This document shows positions 61,362-64,000 of a stretch of 64,000 nucleotides of DNA, piece after piece. This DNA is from Minisyncoccota bacterium (lineage in GTDB: Bacteria > Patescibacteriota > Minisyncoccia > Minisyncoccales > JAQTPW01): contig JAQTPW010000001.1 in the NCBI GenBank assembly GCA_028712565.1, forward strand, positions 2,653 to 66,652, in the 5' to 3' direction. Both the position numbers and the translations under genes were made by a program. Position 1 is the stretch's first letter; each line of letters begins with the position of its first letter. The notes under the pieces were generated by a model. It did no database searches and was not told the DNA's origin. It saw only the letters and a program-made list of their open reading frames with translations.

Positions 61362-62021
61362 ATGTGTATGAATACTTTATTGAATAGTTTGTGGATAGTG
61401 CTTAGTTATCTTCTCGGCGCAATTCCTTTTGGGTTTTTAATTTCGAAATATTCAAAAAATATAGATATCCGTAAAGTTGGTAGAAAGCAAATAGGAGCCA
61501 GTAATGTTTATCATACGGTTGGGCATTTAGAGGGCGCGCTGACTGGAGTTTTAGATGTTGCAAAGGGTTGGATTGTAGTTTTTTTGGCGCAGAAATTCCA
61601 TTTCCCAATTTCGATTCAGCTATTTTCAGGTTTGGTTGCAATCATCGGCCATAACTGGCCAATTTATCTCAATTTTTTCGGGGGAAGGGGAGTGGCGACA
61701 ACTCTGGGAGCGACCTTAGCTTTAAATCCAATTATATTTTTTTATTCGGCGATTCCACTCGCTGTAATCGGTATTATTTGGGATGGGGCACCCGCCACTA
61801 TACTTTTTTTGGTTGCATATTTTATTCTTGCAGATTATAAGCATGAACCAAAAATTTTTTCTGTTTTTATAATTTTCGTCTTTGTAATTATTTTATTGAA
61901 AAGAATTTCTATAATAAAAGAAGATTTGTTGCAAAAAAAATTGAGTTTTAGCCTGGTTTTAAATCGGCTTATATTTGACCGCGCCGAAGGAATAAAAAAT
62001 TTTCGATGGACAAAAAAGTAA
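61362..62021 (+). CDS. plsY: Glycerol-3-phosphate acyltransferase PlsY
   Basis: 219 aa. ..YLLGAIPFGFLISK..DIRKVGRKQIGASNVYHTVG... The start may be ATG 61368. Confidence 0.85.
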   Translation: MCMNTLLNSLWIVLSYLLGAIPFGFLISKYSKNIDIRKVGRKQIGASNVYHTVGHLEGALTGVLDVAKGWIVVFLAQKFHFPISIQLFSGLVAIIGHNWPIYLNFFGGRGVATTLGATLALNPIIFFYSAIPLAVIGIIWDGAPATILFLVAYFILADYKHEPKIFSVFIIFVFVIILLKRISIIKEDLLQKKLSFSLVLNRLIFDRAEGIKNFRWTKK

Positions 62022-62024
62022 ATT

Positions 62025-63095
62025 ATGGATTTATCAATTTCAGAAATATCAGATAAAAATACTTGGGAGGAATTTTTGGCAGGTATTAAAGAAAAAACTT
62101 TTCTGCAGTCTTGGAATTGGGGAGAATTTCAGAAAAAAATGGGAAACTCCACCCAAGGTGGGTCCGCCTCGGGCGGAAAAATTTGGAGATTAGGGATATA
62201 CGAAGAAAGAAATTTAATTGCAGCTATTTTAGTTTCTAAGGTGGTCGCAAAGAGAGGAATTTTTCTGTTACTACAGCATGGGCCAAATGTAAAAAATGAA
62301 AGATCAAATATCAAAAATCAAATAATGGCTGTTTTATTGGGGAAATTAAAAGAAATTGGCAAAGAAGAAAAAGTTGATTTTATACGGATTGCACCATTGT
62401 TTGATGATTCAAAAGAAAATCTAAAAATATTTCAAGATTTGGGATTTCATAAATCTCCAATGCATGCCAATGCCTATGAGGCGACGTGGAAATTAGATAT
62501 TTCCGTCTCCGCGGAAGAAATTTTGAAAAACATGCGGAAAACCACTAGGTATTTGATAAGGCAGGCAGAGAAAAATCCGGAAATTAGCATTGAAACCAGT
62601 ATAAATTTTCGTGATTTAAATCTTTATTTTGATTTAAATCGTCAGGTTGCCAAGCGGCAAAATTTTACGCCGTTTTCTGAAGAATATATAAAAAATGAAT
62701 TTAATTCATTCATAAATGACAATGAGGTATTGTTACTATTTGGGAAATATAAAAATGAGCTAGCCGCTGCAGCTATGGTAATTTTTTGGCAGGGGATTGG
62801 CTTTTACCATCAAGCGGCATCTCTTTCAAAATTTGCAAAACTTTCTATTCCTTATCTGTTGCAATGGGAAGCAATAAAAGAAGCAAAAAAAAGAGGATGT
62901 ATTTTATATGATTTTTGGGGGTTCACTGATCCTGAAAAATACCCTAAACATCCCTGGGCAGGGCCCACTTTATTTAAAATGGGATTTGGAGGTTTTGCAA
63001 AAGAACATATAAAAACCCAGGATTTCCCGCTTTCAAAAAAATACTGTTTAATTTATATTTTTGAGCAGATTCGAAAAATAAAAAGAGGATTTTAG
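62025..63095 (+). CDS. FemAB-family peptidoglycan interpeptide-bridge aminoacyltransferase
   Basis: 356 aa. ..FLQSWNWGEFQKKMG.., ..RYLIRQAEKN.., ..GFYHQAAS... Carries a small GC-rich insert. Confidence 0.8.
   Translation: MDLSISEISDKNTWEEFLAGIKEKTFLQSWNWGEFQKKMGNSTQGGSASGGKIWRLGIYEERNLIAAILVSKVVAKRGIFLLLQHGPNVKNERSNIKNQIMAVLLGKLKEIGKEEKVDFIRIAPLFDDSKENLKIFQDLGFHKSPMHANAYEATWKLDISVSAEEILKNMRKTTRYLIRQAEKNPEISIETSINFRDLNLYFDLNRQVAKRQNFTPFSEEYIKNEFNSFINDNEVLLLFGKYKNELAAAAMVIFWQGIGFYHQAASLSKFAKLSIPYLLQWEAIKEAKKRGCILYDFWGFTDPEKYPKHPWAGPTLFKMGFGGFAKEHIKTQDFPLSKKYCLIYIFEQIRKIKRGF
62148..62177 (+). repeat. In-frame GC-rich double-hairpin insert in the femAB-like gene
   Basis: CCACC-CAA-GGTGG and TCCGCC-TCG-GGCGGA. 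Encodes ..STQGGSASGG.. between the conserved ..EFQKKMG and KIWRLGIY... Confidence 0.65.
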
Positions 63096-63101
63096 TATTT
63101 T

Positions 63102-63959
63102 ATGAAAAGAAATTTCCGGAAACCGTACCGAATTAAAAAGAAAAAATCAATATTGAAAAGCCGTTTTTTTTGGCTTCCAGTTTTAATTTTTACTACAGTT
63201 GGAGGGATCTGCTATTTCATTTTTTTCTCATCGTTTTTCCAGATAAAAGAAGTTAAGATTTCCGGCAATCAAAAAATCGCAACTAATAAATTAGAAAGCT
63301 TGGTTCAAAGCCAGCTTACAAAAAAAATCGCCCTTTTCCCCACGAAAAGCATATTTTTGGCGAATTTAGGAAAAATACAAAAAATGGGTCAGGATAATTT
63401 TCCGCAAATTGCAAAAATCAGCTTCAAAAAAGATTTCCCAGATATTATATTAGTAAACGTTGAAGAGAGGAATCCGGTTGCGGTTTTGACCCATACCCTG
63501 AATTCTTCTTCGACCGCTCTATTCGCAACAACAAGTGCGGAAGTTTTAGAGGAAAATTTTTTTATTGATAAAGAAGGGATAGTTTTTGAAAAAGTTCTGG
63601 ATCCAGATTCTAATTTGCTAAAAATAGAAAACCAGATTTTGCCAAACAAACTGCGATTAGGGGAAAGTGTAATAGAGGAGCCGTTAGTCGCAAAAATTTT
63701 AAATATCGAATCAAAATTGAAAAACGAATTGGAAATCAAAATTGATACGGTTACGATAGTTTCGAGGAAAAGATTAAATGTGAAAGCTGCCGAGGGCTGG
63801 GAAGTTTATTTTAATCCAGAAGGCGATATGGATTGGCAAATTACCGAATTAACGGCGGTTTTGGAAAATAAAATTCCTCCTGAAAAAAGGAAGAATCTTG
63901 GATATATTGATTTAAGGTTTGAAAAAATTTATATTTTCCCTGAAAATTACAACAAATAA
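63102..63959 (+). CDS. ftsQ: Cell division protein FtsQ/DivIB
   Basis: 285 aa. Basic N-terminus, one TM, POTRA start ..FQIKEVKISGNQKIATNKLESLV... Confidence 0.8.
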   Translation: MKRNFRKPYRIKKKKSILKSRFFWLPVLIFTTVGGICYFIFFSSFFQIKEVKISGNQKIATNKLESLVQSQLTKKIALFPTKSIFLANLGKIQKMGQDNFPQIAKISFKKDFPDIILVNVEERNPVAVLTHTLNSSSTALFATTSAEVLEENFFIDKEGIVFEKVLDPDSNLLKIENQILPNKLRLGESVIEEPLVAKILNIESKLKNELEIKIDTVTIVSRKRLNVKAAEGWEVYFNPEGDMDWQITELTAVLENKIPPEKRKNLGYIDLRFEKIYIFPENYNK

Positions 63960-64000
63960 CTTACTCAATTTTATACACGAAAATTGAATACCCGATTTTT

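Overview
AT-rich, gene-dense bacterial segment with almost all genes on the + strand. The features together look like a Candidate Phyla Radiation (Patescibacteria-type) genome: short housekeeping proteins, a 16S gene interrupted by a LAGLIDADG-encoding intron, insertions in the 23S, and a FemAB/MurF/PBP2 wall set. This taxonomic call is inference only.

Layout:
- 1-9.3 kb: obg followed by an accessory 'house-cleaning' block (GNAT, 2 NUDIX, HAD, HD, methyltransferase, hydrolases, two gene remnants).
- 9.4-14 kb: ABC exporter, FKBP, P1B-ATPase, msrB.
- 14-31 kb: ftsZ, galU, trxB and a glycolysis/gluconeogenesis set (eno, gpmA, gap, acs, ppsA, pfkB-like, fba).
- 31-38.7 kb: translation genes (rplY, prfA, rpmE, rpsB, tsf), tRNA-Thr and a small nucleotide-metabolism cluster.
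- 38.8-49.5 kb: a dispersed rRNA locus. It runs 16S with intron, relic spacer, ybaK-like gene, three tRNAs, two orphan genes, membrane protein, 23S with two insertions, 5S.
- 49.5-64 kb: mreCD-pbp2, lysS, serS, murF, a DegT-type aminotransferase, plsY, femX-like, ftsQ.

Most interesting observations:
1. A perfect tRNA(CAU) cloverleaf is split in its anticodon loop by 151 nt that contain a complete tRNA-Ile(GAU) on top of a 22-bp perfect helix.
2. Several families of small palindromic, GC-rich repeats occur in intergenic DNA, inside 23S rRNA helices and in frame inside protein genes (murF, degT-like, femX-like).
3. The 16S 3' tail lacks CCUCC where it is expected, and housekeeping genes have no Shine-Dalgarno sequence.
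4. PaaX-like genes are flanked by direct repeats, like cassettes.

No CRISPR array, transposase or prophage was recognised. All coordinates for RNA ends, introns and repeats were derived by eye and are +/- a few nt.
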